Assembly: GCA_019745315.1 (NCBI GenBank)
Contig: JAIETH010000001.1
Location: 90,526-154,525, forward strand
Origin: Patescibacteria group bacterium
Lineage (GTDB): Bacteria > Patescibacteriota > Minisyncoccia > Phycocordibacterales > UBA918
Length of the DNA stretch: 64,000 nucleotides
Direction of reading: 5' to 3'
The notes under the pieces were generated by a model that was not told the origin of the DNA, made no database searches, and saw nothing but the letters and a program-made list of their open reading frames with translations. Shown here in pieces: positions 10,077 to 19,843 of the stretch. Position 1 is the first letter of the stretch; each line of letters opens with the position of its first letter. Position numbers and translations under genes: made by a program.

Positions 10077-12710
10077 ATGGTAGAAAAAAGAAATGAAAAA
10101 AAAGGAGGGGCGAAAGCACACGGGGATAAAATCATTATCCGCGGAGCGCGCACGCATAACCTTAAGAATGTTTCGCTCGAAATTCCCCGAGATAAGATGG
10201 TGGTATTTACCGGACTTTCAGGGAGCGGTAAGTCATCTCTTGCATTCGATACTATCTTTGCTGAGGGTCAGCGCCGCTATGTCGAATCTCTTTCTGCGTA
10301 TGCACGACAATTTTTGCGTCAGATGCAGAAGCCTGATGTTGATGAAATTTTAGGACTTTCTCCCGCAATCTCTATTGATCAGACCAGTCGCTCAAATAAT
10401 CCTCGCTCAACAGTTGCAACGATTACTGAAATTTATGATTACCTGCGTATTCTCTATGCGCGTGTAGGGCAGCCATACTGTCTTGATGTTGATACTCCTA
10501 TACAAAAACTTTCACAAGACGAAATTCTTGGAATCATCCTCTCTTCAATTGAATCTCGTGATATCAAGGCAGGCAAGACACAAGTGCTCGGCGTTGATCT
10601 CTCGCATGCGCAGATTCGAATTTATGCTCCTGTTGTTGTTGGGCGTAAGGGAGAGTACTACCAACTTCTCTATGATCTTCTTGGTAAAGGGTACGAGGAA
10701 GTAAAGATAGATGGCGAACGAAAAAAGCTTCGTGAACGTATTGAACTCCAAAAAACAAAACGTCACACGATCGATGTACTTGTTGACTCTATTTTTGTCA
10801 CAGAATTTATCAATGATAAAAAAGGAGCGCATGAGCGTCTATCTGAAGCAGTTGAGCGCGCGCTTGGTGAGGCAGGAGGGTTGGTGAAGATTGAGGCAGC
10901 TGACGGTACTGAACGAACTCTCTCAGCGAAATTTATTTGTCCTATCGACGGATCATCGTTTCCTGAAGTTGAACCACGCCTCTTCTCATTTAACTCTCCG
11001 TATGGCGCGTGTCCTGAATGTAACGGGCTTGGAACGGTAGGGATTTTCAATAGTGATGAATGTACGGTGTGTAAGGGTGCGCGTCTGCGACCTGAGGCAC
11101 TGCGTGTATACCTCAAAGGTGGAAAAGATGGAGGACTTGGGAAAAATATTGTTGATTTCACGAATATGACTATTCGTGAAGCATATGATTTTATTGACGA
11201 TCTGTCTCTTACCAAGCAACAGCAAGAAATTGCGTGGCCAGCACTTCGAGAGATTATCGACCGTTTGCAGTTTATGTTGAACGTTGGTATCGAGTACCTC
11301 ACCCTTAATCGCCGCGCGAACACTCTTTCAGGAGGAGAAGCACAGCGCATCAGACTTGCGTCTCAGTTGGGAAGTGGGCTTGTGGGAGCGCTCTATGTAC
11401 TCGATGAGCCGACTATTGGTCTTCATCAGAGAGATAATGATCGACTTATTAAAACACTCACCAGTCTTCGTGATCTCGGAAACACCATCATTGTCGTTGA
11501 GCATGATGAAGATACTATTTTTGCATCAGACTATATTGTCGATATCGGACCAGGAGCTGGCGTCCATGGAGGAGAGGTGGTGGTATCGGGATACCTTGAT
11601 GAATTGCTTGGTGCAAAGAAGAATACCTCTGGTTCAGTAACGCTTTCGTATTTGCGCGGAGAGAAAAAAATTGAAATTCCGGAAGAACGTCGCACGGGAG
11701 AGAAAGGTTCACTTAAAATTCAAGGGGCGAGCGCATTCAATATTAAAAATGTACACATCGATATTCCACTTGGTCGTTTGATTGCCGTTACGGGTGTTTC
11801 AGGAAGCGGAAAATCAACGTTTATGTATGAGATTGTGCATAAGAACTTGCGCTCTCGACTTGAGAAGGCGTATCGCACACCACATACCTATAATGCATCG
11901 AGCTTTACCGGCACTGAGTACCTCGGGCGTACTGTTCTCATCGATCAGTCTCCAATTGGTCGTACGCCTCGCTCAAATCCAGCTACCTATACAGGAGCAT
12001 TCACCCATATTCGTGATCTATTTGCAGGATCAAGCGAAGCGCGCGCACGCGGCTGGAAGTCAGGACGTTTTTCATTCAACGTGAAGGGTGGTCGTTGTGA
12101 GGCGTGCCAAGGAAATGGAATGATCGCGGTTGAGATGCACTTCTTGCCGACAGTCTTTGTGGTGTGTGATGTGTGTGATGGGAAGCGCTTCATGAAAGAA
12201 ACGCTTGAAGTTAAATATAAAGGAAAAAATATTCACGAAGTGCTGCAGATGACCATTGAGCAGGCTATTGAATTCTTTGTTGATATCCCGTCGGTTCATG
12301 AACGATTAAAAACACTTCAGGAGGTAGGGCTTGGATACTTGCAGCTCGGACAAAGTGCTACAACGCTTTCAGGAGGAGAGGCGCAGCGTGTCAAAGTATC
12401 TGCAGAGCTTTTCCGCCAGCATACGCAAAAGACAATCTATCTTCTTGATGAACCAACGATTGGTCTCCATTATGAAGATGTTAAAAAACTTATTGATATT
12501 TTGCAGAGCCTCGTTAATCACGGAAATACGGTGATGGTCATTGAGCACAACCTTGATCTTATTAAGTGTGCTGACTACGTGATTGATATCGGTCCAGAAG
12601 GAGGAGTGGGAGGAGGTCAGATTGTTGCAAAAGGTACCCCTGAAGAAGTGGCGAAAACGAAGGGTTCACATACCGGTCATTACCTCAAGAAAGTTCTCTC
12701 TCAGAAATAA
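10077..12710 (+). CDS. uvrA: Excinuclease ABC subunit A
   Basis: Internal ATG of the 9996 ORF. Two ABC ATPase modules '[10 protein letters not shown]' and 'GVSGSGKST', two ABC signatures 'LSGGE(A)QR', and zinc-finger cysteines. Confidence 0.95.
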   Translation: MVEKRNEKKGGAKAHGDKIIIRGARTHNLKNVSLEIPRDKMVVFTGLSGSGKSSLAFDTIFAEGQRRYVESLSAYARQFLRQMQKPDVDEILGLSPAISIDQTSRSNNPRSTVATITEIYDYLRILYARVGQPYCLDVDTPIQKLSQDEILGIILSSIESRDIKAGKTQVLGVDLSHAQIRIYAPVVVGRKGEYYQLLYDLLGKGYEEVKIDGERKKLRERIELQKTKRHTIDVLVDSIFVTEFINDKKGAHERLSEAVERALGEAGGLVKIEAADGTERTLSAKFICPIDGSSFPEVEPRLFSFNSPYGACPECNGLGTVGIFNSDECTVCKGARLRPEALRVYLKGGKDGGLGKNIVDFTNMTIREAYDFIDDLSLTKQQQEIAWPALREIIDRLQFMLNVGIEYLTLNRRANTLSGGEAQRIRLASQLGSGLVGALYVLDEPTIGLHQRDNDRLIKTLTSLRDLGNTIIVVEHDEDTIFASDYIVDIGPGAGVHGGEVVVSGYLDELLGAKKNTSGSVTLSYLRGEKKIEIPEERRTGEKGSLKIQGASAFNIKNVHIDIPLGRLIAVTGVSGSGKSTFMYEIVHKNLRSRLEKAYRTPHTYNASSFTGTEYLGRTVLIDQSPIGRTPRSNPATYTGAFTHIRDLFAGSSEARARGWKSGRFSFNVKGGRCEACQGNGMIAVEMHFLPTVFVVCDVCDGKRFMKETLEVKYKGKNIHEVLQMTIEQAIEFFVDIPSVHERLKTLQEVGLGYLQLGQSATTLSGGEAQRVKVSAELFRQHTQKTIYLLDEPTIGLHYEDVKKLIDILQSLVNHGNTVMVIEHNLDLIKCADYVIDIGPEGGVGGGQIVAKGTPEEVAKTKGSHTGHYLKKVLSQK

Positions 12711-12721
12711 AAAAATCCCTT

Positions 12722-13042
12722 CTAGGGAAGGGATGCTATCTTTTGTTTGATCTTGAGAGTCCACGTGCGGAATGCATCTTCTGCGCGGAGAGCATCCATT
12801 TCAAAGATCAGCACATTCCAGCGAGGATCAGCATCTCCTCGCGCACATGCTTCGGGACTCAGATTTCTGTCCTTCGTCTCGAGAGGCATCTCTCCGAACA
12901 TATGGAAAAAGATTCGACCCCAGTAGCGGGTGTCATGTGCTTCTGGTGGTGAGCCGGTGAGAGCTTCATATTCTGTCCACGCGAGCGCGAATGCTTGAGT
13001 CAGTGCAACTCGAGGACTTAACAAAGTCTGGCCATCTGGCAT
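12722..13042 (-). CDS. Hypothetical protein, visibly GC-rich cassette
   Basis: Complete ORF with RBS 'GGAGA' and a -10-like 'tatatact' upstream. Shares a bidirectional hairpin terminator with uvrA. GC-rich third codon positions, unlike its neighbours. Confidence 0.5.
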   Translation of the reverse strand: MPDGQTLLSPRVALTQAFALAWTEYEALTGSPPEAHDTRYWGRIFFHMFGEMPLETKDRNLSPEACARGDADPRWNVLIFEMDALRAEDAFRTWTLKIKQKIASLP

Positions 13043-13146
13043 GGCGCTTCTCCATTGTTAGGGGTTTTCTAGGATCCCAGTATATACTTTTTTGTGTATA
13101 GAAAAAGGTCAGGGGTTCCTGGCCTTTACGGAGGGACGTTGTTTCT

Positions 13147-13304
13147 TAGTGATCCATCGGGTCCCATATAGAGAAAGATGAATTGAAATGATCAGAGGCT
13201 TCTTTTGCCTCCAAGAACTTGGGCCATACCCAGATGGCGGCGGCGAGAGTTGCGATTCCGCCGATAGGCCATACAAGCCAAGAAAGGGTAGAGTAAGTGC
13301 ACAT
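13147..13304 (-). CDS. Possible small membrane protein (52 aa), below the ORF-track size cutoff
   Basis: ATG preceded by 'GGGAGA' and an extended -10 'tatggtattacag'. Hydrophobic core 'LSWLVWPIGGIATLAAAIWVW'. A 10-bp hairpin with a T-run lies downstream on the - strand. Confidence 0.4.
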
Positions 13305-13379
13305 GGCCGTCGTCTCCCAGTCTTTTTATTGTTTTTCCCCCTATTTCTGTAATACCATAGAAGTTGAATCACTGTCAAA

Positions 13380-14621
13380 ATGAATAAAGAACAACTTTCA
13401 AAAAGTAAAAAGAAACTTCCTGATGCACCTGGTGTGTATTTTTTTCTTGGCGCTAAAAAAGAAATTCTCTACATAGGAAAAGCAACGTCGCTCGCGAATC
13501 GTGTCCGCAGTTATTTCACTGATGACATTCTCGAGAAACGAAGTCCGCTCATTGAAAAGATGGTTATCGAGGCAAAGACTATTGAATGGACAGTGACTGA
13601 TTCTGTTCTTGAAGCATTGCTTCTTGAAACAAATCTCATACGGACACATAAGCCGCGCTATAACACCATCTCCAAAGATGACAAGAGTTTTAATCATTTG
13701 GTAATCACTAAAGAAGAATTCCCACGCGTTCTCATTGTGCGCGCAAAAGACCTGGCAGAGAAATTTGAAACGACAGAGATTCGCTCAGTGTTTGGCCCGT
13801 TCACTAGTGGTGGGCTTTTGAAAGAGGCACTTAAGATCATTCGAAAAATATTTCAGTTCTATGATACGCATACACCAATAGATAAAGCACGTTCTAAGAT
13901 GGCGAGTGGGAAGATAAACTTCAACCGACAGATCGGTATTTATCCAGATAACACCTCGAAAGAAGACTATCAAAAAACAATTCGTCATATTGAACTTTTA
14001 TTTGAAGGAAAAAAGAATACGATCCTCAAAGAGCTTGAGCGCGATATGAAGCGCTATGCGAAAGAGCGTAAGTTTGAAGAGGCTGGTGTGGTAAAAAAGA
14101 AAATTTTTGCGCTCACCCATATTCAAGATGTCGCGCTCATAAAAGAACGAGATCGTGTCTATAGAGATGATCGAACGATCAGAGTTGAGGCATACGACGT
14201 TGCGCACTTAAGTGGCACAAGTATGGTGGGCGTTATGACAGTGGTTGAATCTGGTGAGCCAGATAAGGCGAGCTATAGAAAGTTTAAAATACAGACAGTT
14301 ATTGGTGCAAATGACACAGCGGCACTTGCTGAAATTCTTAATCGACGCTTGGGACACACTGAATGGCCGCTTCCACAGTGCATTGTTGTTGATGGAGGGG
14401 TTGCACAAAAGAAACGTGCTGAATCAGTCTTAAACACTGCAGGAGTGCACATACCGGTAGTTGCAGTGGTGAAGGATGAACATCATCGTCCTAAGCGAAT
14501 TTTGGGCCCTCAGAGCCTTGTTTCGAGTCTTGAGAGTGACATCATTCTTGCAAATGCTGAAGCACACCGTTTTGGTATTGGGTATCACCGCGATCTTCGC
14601 AAAAAAAGTAACTTTGGGTAA
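13380..14621 (+). CDS. uvrC: Excinuclease ABC subunit C, short form with no obvious C-terminal HhH domain
   Basis: N-terminal GIY-YIG ('GVYFFLGAKKEILYIGKATSL', 'R...Y'), a UvrB-interaction region, and a C-terminal RNase-H-like endonuclease region ('AYDVAHLSGT', 'VVDGGVAQ'). Confidence 0.85.
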   Translation: MNKEQLSKSKKKLPDAPGVYFFLGAKKEILYIGKATSLANRVRSYFTDDILEKRSPLIEKMVIEAKTIEWTVTDSVLEALLLETNLIRTHKPRYNTISKDDKSFNHLVITKEEFPRVLIVRAKDLAEKFETTEIRSVFGPFTSGGLLKEALKIIRKIFQFYDTHTPIDKARSKMASGKINFNRQIGIYPDNTSKEDYQKTIRHIELLFEGKKNTILKELERDMKRYAKERKFEEAGVVKKKIFALTHIQDVALIKERDRVYRDDRTIRVEAYDVAHLSGTSMVGVMTVVESGEPDKASYRKFKIQTVIGANDTAALAEILNRRLGHTEWPLPQCIVVDGGVAQKKRAESVLNTAGVHIPVVAVVKDEHHRPKRILGPQSLVSSLESDIILANAEAHRFGIGYHRDLRKKSNFG

Positions 14622-14642
14622 CGCACGCGTGTTTTATACGAT

Positions 14643-14729
14643 ATGACCATTGGATTTATTGGGCAAGGTGAGAAAGCGCGGGCTGAACATGCTGGGAGTA
14701 TGTTCAGAATCTTGCGAGATATCTTTTAA
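14643..14729 (+). pseudogene. Remnant copy of the 5' end of the downstream dehydrogenase gene ('MTIGFIGQGEKAR...' vs 'MIMKIGFIGQGWIGK')
   Basis: A 29-codon ORF whose first about 12 codons closely match the start of the 14824 gene at nucleotide and protein level, then diverge to an early stop. Confidence 0.35.
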
Positions 14730-14745
14730 AAAGTATCCACAAGAT

Positions 14746-14797
14746 GTACTGCTTCTGTAAGAAGGCTTTCGCAAGGTGTACAGCTTCTGTAAGAAGG
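14746..14797. promoter_or_regulatory. Two 20-bp direct repeats (gtacTgcttctgtaagaagg / gtacAgcttctgtaagaagg), each a near-palindrome, 32 bp centre to centre. Candidate tandem operator.
   Basis: Directly visible repeat immediately upstream of the 14824 gene. Confidence 0.4.
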
Positions 14798-14823
14798 GAT
14801 AGGCGCGTTGAATATATTTCACA

Positions 14824-15681
14824 ATGATTATGAAAATCGGATTTATAGGGCAGGGTTGGATAGGAAAAAATTACGCAAATGATTTTGAGGCGCGCGGGTA
14901 TGATGTTGTACGATATTCTCTCGAGACAGAATATATCGATAACAAAGAAAAAATAAAAGAGTGCCCAATTGTATTTATTGCTGTTCCTACACCAACCACA
15001 GAGCAGGGATTTGATGATTCCTATGTACGAAGTGCGCTTGGTGTCGTAGAAGCCGGTACGAGTGTTGTTATTAAATCGACACTTCTTCCTGGCACAACCC
15101 AAGCGTTGCAAAAAGCCTTTCCTGAGCTCTTTGTATTCCATAGCCCTGAGTTTTTGGTAGAAAAAACAGCTGCGTATGATGCTGCGCACCCTAATAGGAA
15201 TATTATCGGTATTCCTGAGGATGGTGAGGTGTATCGTGCCAAGGCACATGAAATTCTCTCTGTGTTGCCAGACGCACCCTATACACGAATCATGGACGCA
15301 CGCGATGCTGAGTTTGTGAAATATGCAGGCAATTGTTTTTTGTTCACCAAGGTTATTTTTATGAACATGCTTTATGATGTTGTGTTGCAATCTGGTGGCA
15401 CGTGGGATGCGGTACGTGATGCACTTATACACGATCCCCGTATTGGTGTGAGCCATACGGAGCCAGTCAATGCGGGCGGGCGTGGTGCAGGAGGTCACTG
15501 TTTCATCAAAGACTTTGAAGCATTTCGTCGTTTATACAGCGAACATGTCGGTGACCCACTCGGAGATGCAATTCTGTCGGCGGAAGCAGGTAAAAATATA
15601 GAACTGCTTCGTGCATCAGGAAAAGATCTTGATCTGGTGCGTGGAGTGTACGGAGAAAAATCACTCCACGCACACGACTAA
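14824..15681 (+). CDS. UDP-glucose/GDP-mannose dehydrogenase family protein, truncated, lacking the C-terminal UDP-binding domain
   Basis: N-terminal Rossmann 'KIGFIGQGWIGK' and the catalytic-Cys motif 'GGHCFIKD' (cf. GGSCFPKD) are present. Only 285 aa. Confidence 0.65.
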   Translation: MIMKIGFIGQGWIGKNYANDFEARGYDVVRYSLETEYIDNKEKIKECPIVFIAVPTPTTEQGFDDSYVRSALGVVEAGTSVVIKSTLLPGTTQALQKAFPELFVFHSPEFLVEKTAAYDAAHPNRNIIGIPEDGEVYRAKAHEILSVLPDAPYTRIMDARDAEFVKYAGNCFLFTKVIFMNMLYDVVLQSGGTWDAVRDALIHDPRIGVSHTEPVNAGGRGAGGHCFIKDFEAFRRLYSEHVGDPLGDAILSAEAGKNIELLRASGKDLDLVRGVYGEKSLHAHD

Positions 15682-15721
15682 TGGTAGTTTTTTATACACT
15701 TCTATACTATTCTAAATACAT

Positions 15722-16702
15722 ATGCAGCAGCGCACACGAGTAGTGGTCCTCCGCGGAGGCCCAAGCGAAGAATACGAAGTGTCTCTTAAGACGGGGCAGG
15801 TCGTTATTTCTGCTATTAATACAGAAAAGTACGATGTCCTTGATGTGGTTATAACAAAAGCAGGGGAATGGCTCTTGCGTGGCATGTTACGCGAGCCGCG
15901 CGATATTTTGAGTCACGTTGATATTGTGTTTCTTGCACTCCATGGTGGGTATGGTGAAGACGGAACTGTGCAGCGCTTGATCGATTCTCATGGTGTGAAA
16001 TATACCGGTAGCCGCGCATTTCCTTCGGCGATGGCATTCAATAAAGCAATGACCAAAGATCGGATGAAAGATAAGGGGATCAAGATGGCGCAGCACATGA
16101 TTGTAGGGAAAGACATGCTTCCGAATCTGCATGGCACTGTTTCAGCGATTTCTGCACTCTTTGGCCCTCGCTATATCGTAAAGCCTATCGCAAGCGGCTC
16201 TTCAATCGGAACTATTTTTGCTGAAAGTCCTATCATGCTCGAACAAGCACTTCGCACGGCGCTCGGTGTCTATGACCAAGTGCTTGTCGAAGAATATATC
16301 GCAGGCAAGGAGGCAACCTGTGGTGTTGTTGAAAACTTCCGTGGCAAGAATCACTACGCATTACCACCCATTGAGATTGCGCACACCGGGGACGTATTCG
16401 ATTATCAAGCAAAATACGGCGGAGGTACTGAAGAAATTTGTCCGGGACGATTTTCTCGTGCTGAAAAAGAAGAGATCGAGAGTCTTGCTATACTTGCACA
16501 CACTGAGCTCGGACTTTCACACTACTCACGATCAGATTTTATTATCGCGAACGATGGTATTTATTTTCTTGAGGTGAATACGCTTCCTGGGCTCACGACT
16601 GAATCCCTTCTTCCAAAGTCTCTTGAAGCGGTGGGATGTTCCTACAGTGATTTTATCGAGCATCTCCTCATGCTCGCTCATCGTCATCCACGAGGTATCT
16701 AA
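15722..16702 (+). CDS. ddl: D-alanine--D-alanine ligase
   Basis: 'RVVVLRGGPSEEYEVSL' N-terminal domain, ATP-grasp core, and C-terminal 'FLEVNTLPGLT'. Confidence 0.9.
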   Translation: MQQRTRVVVLRGGPSEEYEVSLKTGQVVISAINTEKYDVLDVVITKAGEWLLRGMLREPRDILSHVDIVFLALHGGYGEDGTVQRLIDSHGVKYTGSRAFPSAMAFNKAMTKDRMKDKGIKMAQHMIVGKDMLPNLHGTVSAISALFGPRYIVKPIASGSSIGTIFAESPIMLEQALRTALGVYDQVLVEEYIAGKEATCGVVENFRGKNHYALPPIEIAHTGDVFDYQAKYGGGTEEICPGRFSRAEKEEIESLAILAHTELGLSHYSRSDFIIANDGIYFLEVNTLPGLTTESLLPKSLEAVGCSYSDFIEHLLMLAHRHPRGI

Positions 16703-16705
16703 TGT

Positions 16706-17023
16706 ATGCGCTCACTCATTCCAAAAAAGAAAGGTCGTTTTTCAAAAGATGATGCAGAAAAGCATCTACAAGCTCTTTCTGGGTGGCATGTGAATCCAAC
16801 GCATACAATGATTTCAAAAATATTTATTTCTCAGAACTTTATTCAAGGTCTTTCCTTCATAGCAAAGATTGCAGTGCATGCTGAGGTGCTTGGTCACCAT
16901 CCTGATATTGAACTCTCGTACGGAAAGGTGGTAGTGAAGCTCACGACCCATGATGCAGAAGGGTTAACAAAGAAAGACTTTGAACTGGCGGAGCGTATAG
17001 AGGGGTTACGGCAAGAGCGGTAG
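16706..17023 (+). CDS. 4a-hydroxytetrahydrobiopterin dehydratase (PCD/DCoH)
   Basis: Signature 'AEVLGHHPDIELSYGKVVVKLTTHD' matches the E-x3-HHP-x5-Y-x3-V-x3-L-T-TH pattern. Confidence 0.85.
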   Translation: MRSLIPKKKGRFSKDDAEKHLQALSGWHVNPTHTMISKIFISQNFIQGLSFIAKIAVHAEVLGHHPDIELSYGKVVVKLTTHDAEGLTKKDFELAERIEGLRQER

Positions 17024-17257
17024 GGAAGAGTCTACACAGGAAAGACCTGTGTAGAGCAAAAGGAGTGGTTTGACTCAGAGGCAGAAAATTCGTATTATAT
17101 GCGTGCCCTGAAGACGAGCTTTCTTTGGGGTGTTCAAAGAAAGAGCGCGTGGTATATTTTCATTCGCTGGGCCTGAACTTTTTTAATTAAAAAATTAAAA
17201 AAAGCGGGCCCTGCACTCGAAGAAAATAAAAACAAGCTTTTATTTTGCTTCTCGTTT

Positions 17258-17330
17258 GGGCCCGTAGCTCATCTGGTAGAGCGCCTCACTTGCACTGAGG
17301 AGGCGGCAGGTTCGAGTCCTGTCGGGTCCA
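17258..17330 (+). tRNA. tRNA-Ala (anticodon TGC)
   Basis: Cloverleaf with acceptor GGGCCCG/CGGGTCC and a G3:U70 Ala identity pair. D-arm GCTCATCTGGTAGAGC. Anticodon loop CTTGCAC. T-arm GCAGG-TTCGAGT-CCTGT. Discriminator A. CCA not encoded. Confidence 0.9.
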
Positions 17331-17343
17331 CTGATATACAAAA

Positions 17344-17367
17344 CACCGGCTTTATGCCGGTTTTTGT
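17344..17367 (+). terminator. Rho-independent terminator after the tRNA (caccggc-tttat-gccgg + TTTTTGTG)
   Basis: GC-rich hairpin plus T-run 14 nt after the tRNA. Confidence 0.55.
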
Positions 17368-17407
17368 GTATCAGGTTGGGTGACCAGGGACTCGAAAAGG
17401 TTGCCAG

Positions 17408-19057
17408 CTATTTATTTTTAAAATAGCGACAACCTGTACTGAACATGTAATGTTCGAGTCCTGTCGGGTCCACATCGTCAGAGTTTTGTTCGCAAAACTC
17501 TTCAAATATCCTTGCAGTACTTAGTGAATCAGAGGTTCGAAAGGCCTCTGATTTGCTGTATGTCAGACGGCTATCAAAAAGGAAGAAAAAGAGCCTCTGT
17601 TGTTCTATTGGACTCACAGAATCCCAGATCGTTATTGGGCTTTTGAGCATCTTCGTTGCTTTATCAAAGGCGGTTCGAAATGGAACTTTTAGGTCCCCAT
17701 TTTGTCCTGGCTTCATATCTTTGAGTTCTTTCGCCAATTCTTCGATCCTTTTCTCATATTGTTCTCGCACAAGATCACTTCGAGTCCTCGATGCGCTGTC
17801 AGTCAATTCTCTAATTTCTTGTTCGATCCTTTCGCACTCCCTAGCATTTGCTGTTTGCTTGCTTCGTAAATCATGAACTTCTTCCTTCCACACACGACTG
17901 AAGGTAAGATCGAGGATCTCATCCATCTCTTGCTTGATCGCGTTGCGTTTTACCAAAGCGCGAAAATCTTCCTCAATCTTCTTTCTCTGAATAGCCTTTG
18001 ACCTCAATGAACATCCCTTGTGGATGCAGTAGTAATAGTAATAAGGATTCTTTTTGTGGTTGCTTGATCGAGCCGCAGTCAATTTGCTCTTACACTCTGA
18101 ACAAAGCACTAATCCACGCAAAGGGAATTCCGGAGAAATGTCCTGGCGAACCCATGCTTTAGAAGAATCCTTTTGTAAACGTCGTTGAATCTTTTCAAAT
18201 GTTTCTACAGAAATGATCCCTTTATGCTTTCCAGGTCGTCGGGCTACACCCCATTTTGGATATTCAATATCACCGCAGTAGGCGACATCCCTTAGGATAT
18301 TAGAAACATCCGTGAGATGTCCTTCCGCTGTTCTTCTCTCCCAGAATTTATTTTCAAAAAGGAATCGCGCAACATCAATCTGCCTGACAAATATTCCAGA
18401 AGCAAAACCCTCAAGGGCTTCCTTCAAGATCTTTGCATCCTGGTTAGGCACTAGAACTTTTCCATGCAGTGGGTTTTTCACCATATCGAATCCGCGCTTC
18501 TTTCCAAAAGTGTAATAGCCAAGATCGAGCCTGGCTTTCATTTTCTGAATAACTTGTCGCTGGTTTTGTTTACGCTCTAGTTGAGCCTGGCCGGACATAA
18601 TCAGTTCGGCGAATTCACCCTCCGGACTCTCATCAAAATTATAGTTTAGACAACGGAGCAAAACTTGGCGGTTTCTAAATGCCTGCCTTAGTTTGAAATG
18701 GAATTCAACATTTCTTGAAAAACGCTTCAGATCATCAAATACGACTATAAATTTCTTGTGGGGATTTGCATCAATATATCCAATAAGTTCTCTCATTGCA
18801 GGTCGCTTCATAAAATCACCTCCACCCGTGAAAGTGTCAGGGAATGTCTTGATGTAAGGTACTCCGATCAATCGGAGATCATTTACACAGCGTCCTTCTT
18901 GGCTTGTCAGACCGGAGCCTTCCAATTCCTGTTTCTTTGAAGAAACGCGAGCATAAACAAGACCTTCTCTGCCGAGAAAGGGATTTTTGTTTTCTAAATC
19001 TTGGATTATTTCTTTATGGAGTTTTTTTATACTCATATAATTCTTGCCGTATAACAT
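17408..19057 (-). CDS. Large serine recombinase (resolvase/invertase-type N-domain plus recombinase and zinc-ribbon C-domains)
   Basis: 'GLVYARVSSKKQ' catalytic-Ser motif. 'NPYYYYYCIHKGC' zinc-ribbon-like cysteines. About 549 aa, typical of LSR integrases. Confidence 0.85.
   Translation of the reverse strand: MLYGKNYMSIKKLHKEIIQDLENKNPFLGREGLVYARVSSKKQELEGSGLTSQEGRCVNDLRLIGVPYIKTFPDTFTGGGDFMKRPAMRELIGYIDANPHKKFIVVFDDLKRFSRNVEFHFKLRQAFRNRQVLLRCLNYNFDESPEGEFAELIMSGQAQLERKQNQRQVIQKMKARLDLGYYTFGKKRGFDMVKNPLHGKVLVPNQDAKILKEALEGFASGIFVRQIDVARFLFENKFWERRTAEGHLTDVSNILRDVAYCGDIEYPKWGVARRPGKHKGIISVETFEKIQRRLQKDSSKAWVRQDISPEFPLRGLVLCSECKSKLTAARSSNHKKNPYYYYYCIHKGCSLRSKAIQRKKIEEDFRALVKRNAIKQEMDEILDLTFSRVWKEEVHDLRSKQTANARECERIEQEIRELTDSASRTRSDLVREQYEKRIEELAKELKDMKPGQNGDLKVPFRTAFDKATKMLKSPITIWDSVSPIEQQRLFFFLFDSRLTYSKSEAFRTSDSLSTARIFEEFCEQNSDDVDPTGLEHYMFSTGCRYFKNK
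17452..17473. repeat. 22-nt exact direct copy of the tRNA-Ala 3' end (positions 17310-17331). Putative att/integration scar.
   Basis: 'gttcgagtcctgtcgggtccac' occurs twice. The second copy lies inside the last codons of the serine recombinase gene on the opposite strand. Confidence 0.8.
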
Positions 19058-19271
19058 TCCGGCACAATGACTCTATATATTCTAACCTTTTTAGAATGAC
19101 TTCATCCGGCGTTTTGTAGTCTTTCAAGGACTTCCGGTATTCAGCAATCGAGACTAGAGGTTTCTCTTGAGAAGCCTCGACTATTTCTGGATTTCCCTCG
19201 CCAACCCTATTCATGGCGGTAGGGATCCTCCATTTCAGAGGCTCGAATAGCGAGTGACACCAAGGATCCAA
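19014..19271 (-). CDS. Hypothetical small protein. Overlaps the recombinase start and the upstream ORF in another frame.
   Basis: 85-aa ORF translationally coupled to the recombinase. No family recognised. Confidence 0.35.
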   Translation of the reverse strand: MDPWCHSLFEPLKWRIPTAMNRVGEGNPEIVEASQEKPLVSIAEYRKSLKDYKTPDEVILKRLEYIESLCRNVIRQELYEYKKTP

Positions 19272-19539
19272 TACAGGTCGCTTGCTGGGGGGTCATAGGA
19301 TCCGTCCTGACCCTGTTTATCGTGTCCTCAAGAAGAACTAGCATCTCGGATGGACGCCTCACTGGAAGCCGTTTTAGTGGCTTTCCAGGCCTTCTAGTCT
19401 TAGGGGATGATCCTCCTTTCCGGACCGCAATTCCACGGGCTTCCGCTGTACTTGGATCATGGGTAAAGCAAAACTCCCGACCATGTAGCGCGTAGGCCTT
19501 GCATCGACTGTCTTCTTTTGTCTTGTGGATACAGCGCAT
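19207..19539 (-). CDS. Hypothetical small Cys/His-containing (Zn-finger-like) basic protein, possibly a recombination directionality factor or regulator
   Basis: 'CIHKTKEDSRCKAYALHGREFCFTH' C-x9-C...H-x4-C-x2-H pattern. Basic, Pro/Arg-rich middle. Preceded by a roughly 270-nt structured leader. Confidence 0.35.
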   Translation of the reverse strand: MRCIHKTKEDSRCKAYALHGREFCFTHDPSTAEARGIAVRKGGSSPKTRRPGKPLKRLPVRRPSEMLVLLEDTINRVRTDPMTPQQATCIGSLVSLAIRASEMEDPYRHE

Positions 19540-19843
19540 GAGTTTTGCTTACTCTCGGCGCTACCCACCCACAAAAAATTCGCGAAGATTCGGGTTCGTT
19601 TTTCCTCACTAGAAACGGAAAAGGGACCTGAACCCCCGCGACCGTAGTCGTGGATGAGTTCAGATCCCTTAGGATTCCGAAGCCGAATCAGTCGATTCGC
19701 TTTATCGAGTTTACCTTTGGACCGTGTTTCTCCCGTGGGAAAAGCAAAGCCAAAGACTCAATAGCACTATCAACCTATGCTTATATTCTAACTCGTTGAG
19801 AAAACCTGTCAAAGGTTATTCAACTTGTCAGGCTCCATGAAAA

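Noticed and set aside
17452-17473. Interpretation of the duplicated tRNA 3' end as the far-end attR of the whole island
   Set aside because: The copy lies between the tRNA and the integrase, not distal to the cargo. A matching copy at the 22.1-22.5 kb end was not found by eye, so the island boundary is left open.
19600-19700. tRNA-like or T-arm-like sequence ('gggggttcaggtccc', 10-bp inverted repeat gatctgaac/gttcaggtc) on the - strand upstream of the Zn-finger-like ORF
   Set aside because: No complete cloverleaf could be folded. The stems do not match a T-arm, acceptor or anticodon arrangement. More likely a leader hairpin.
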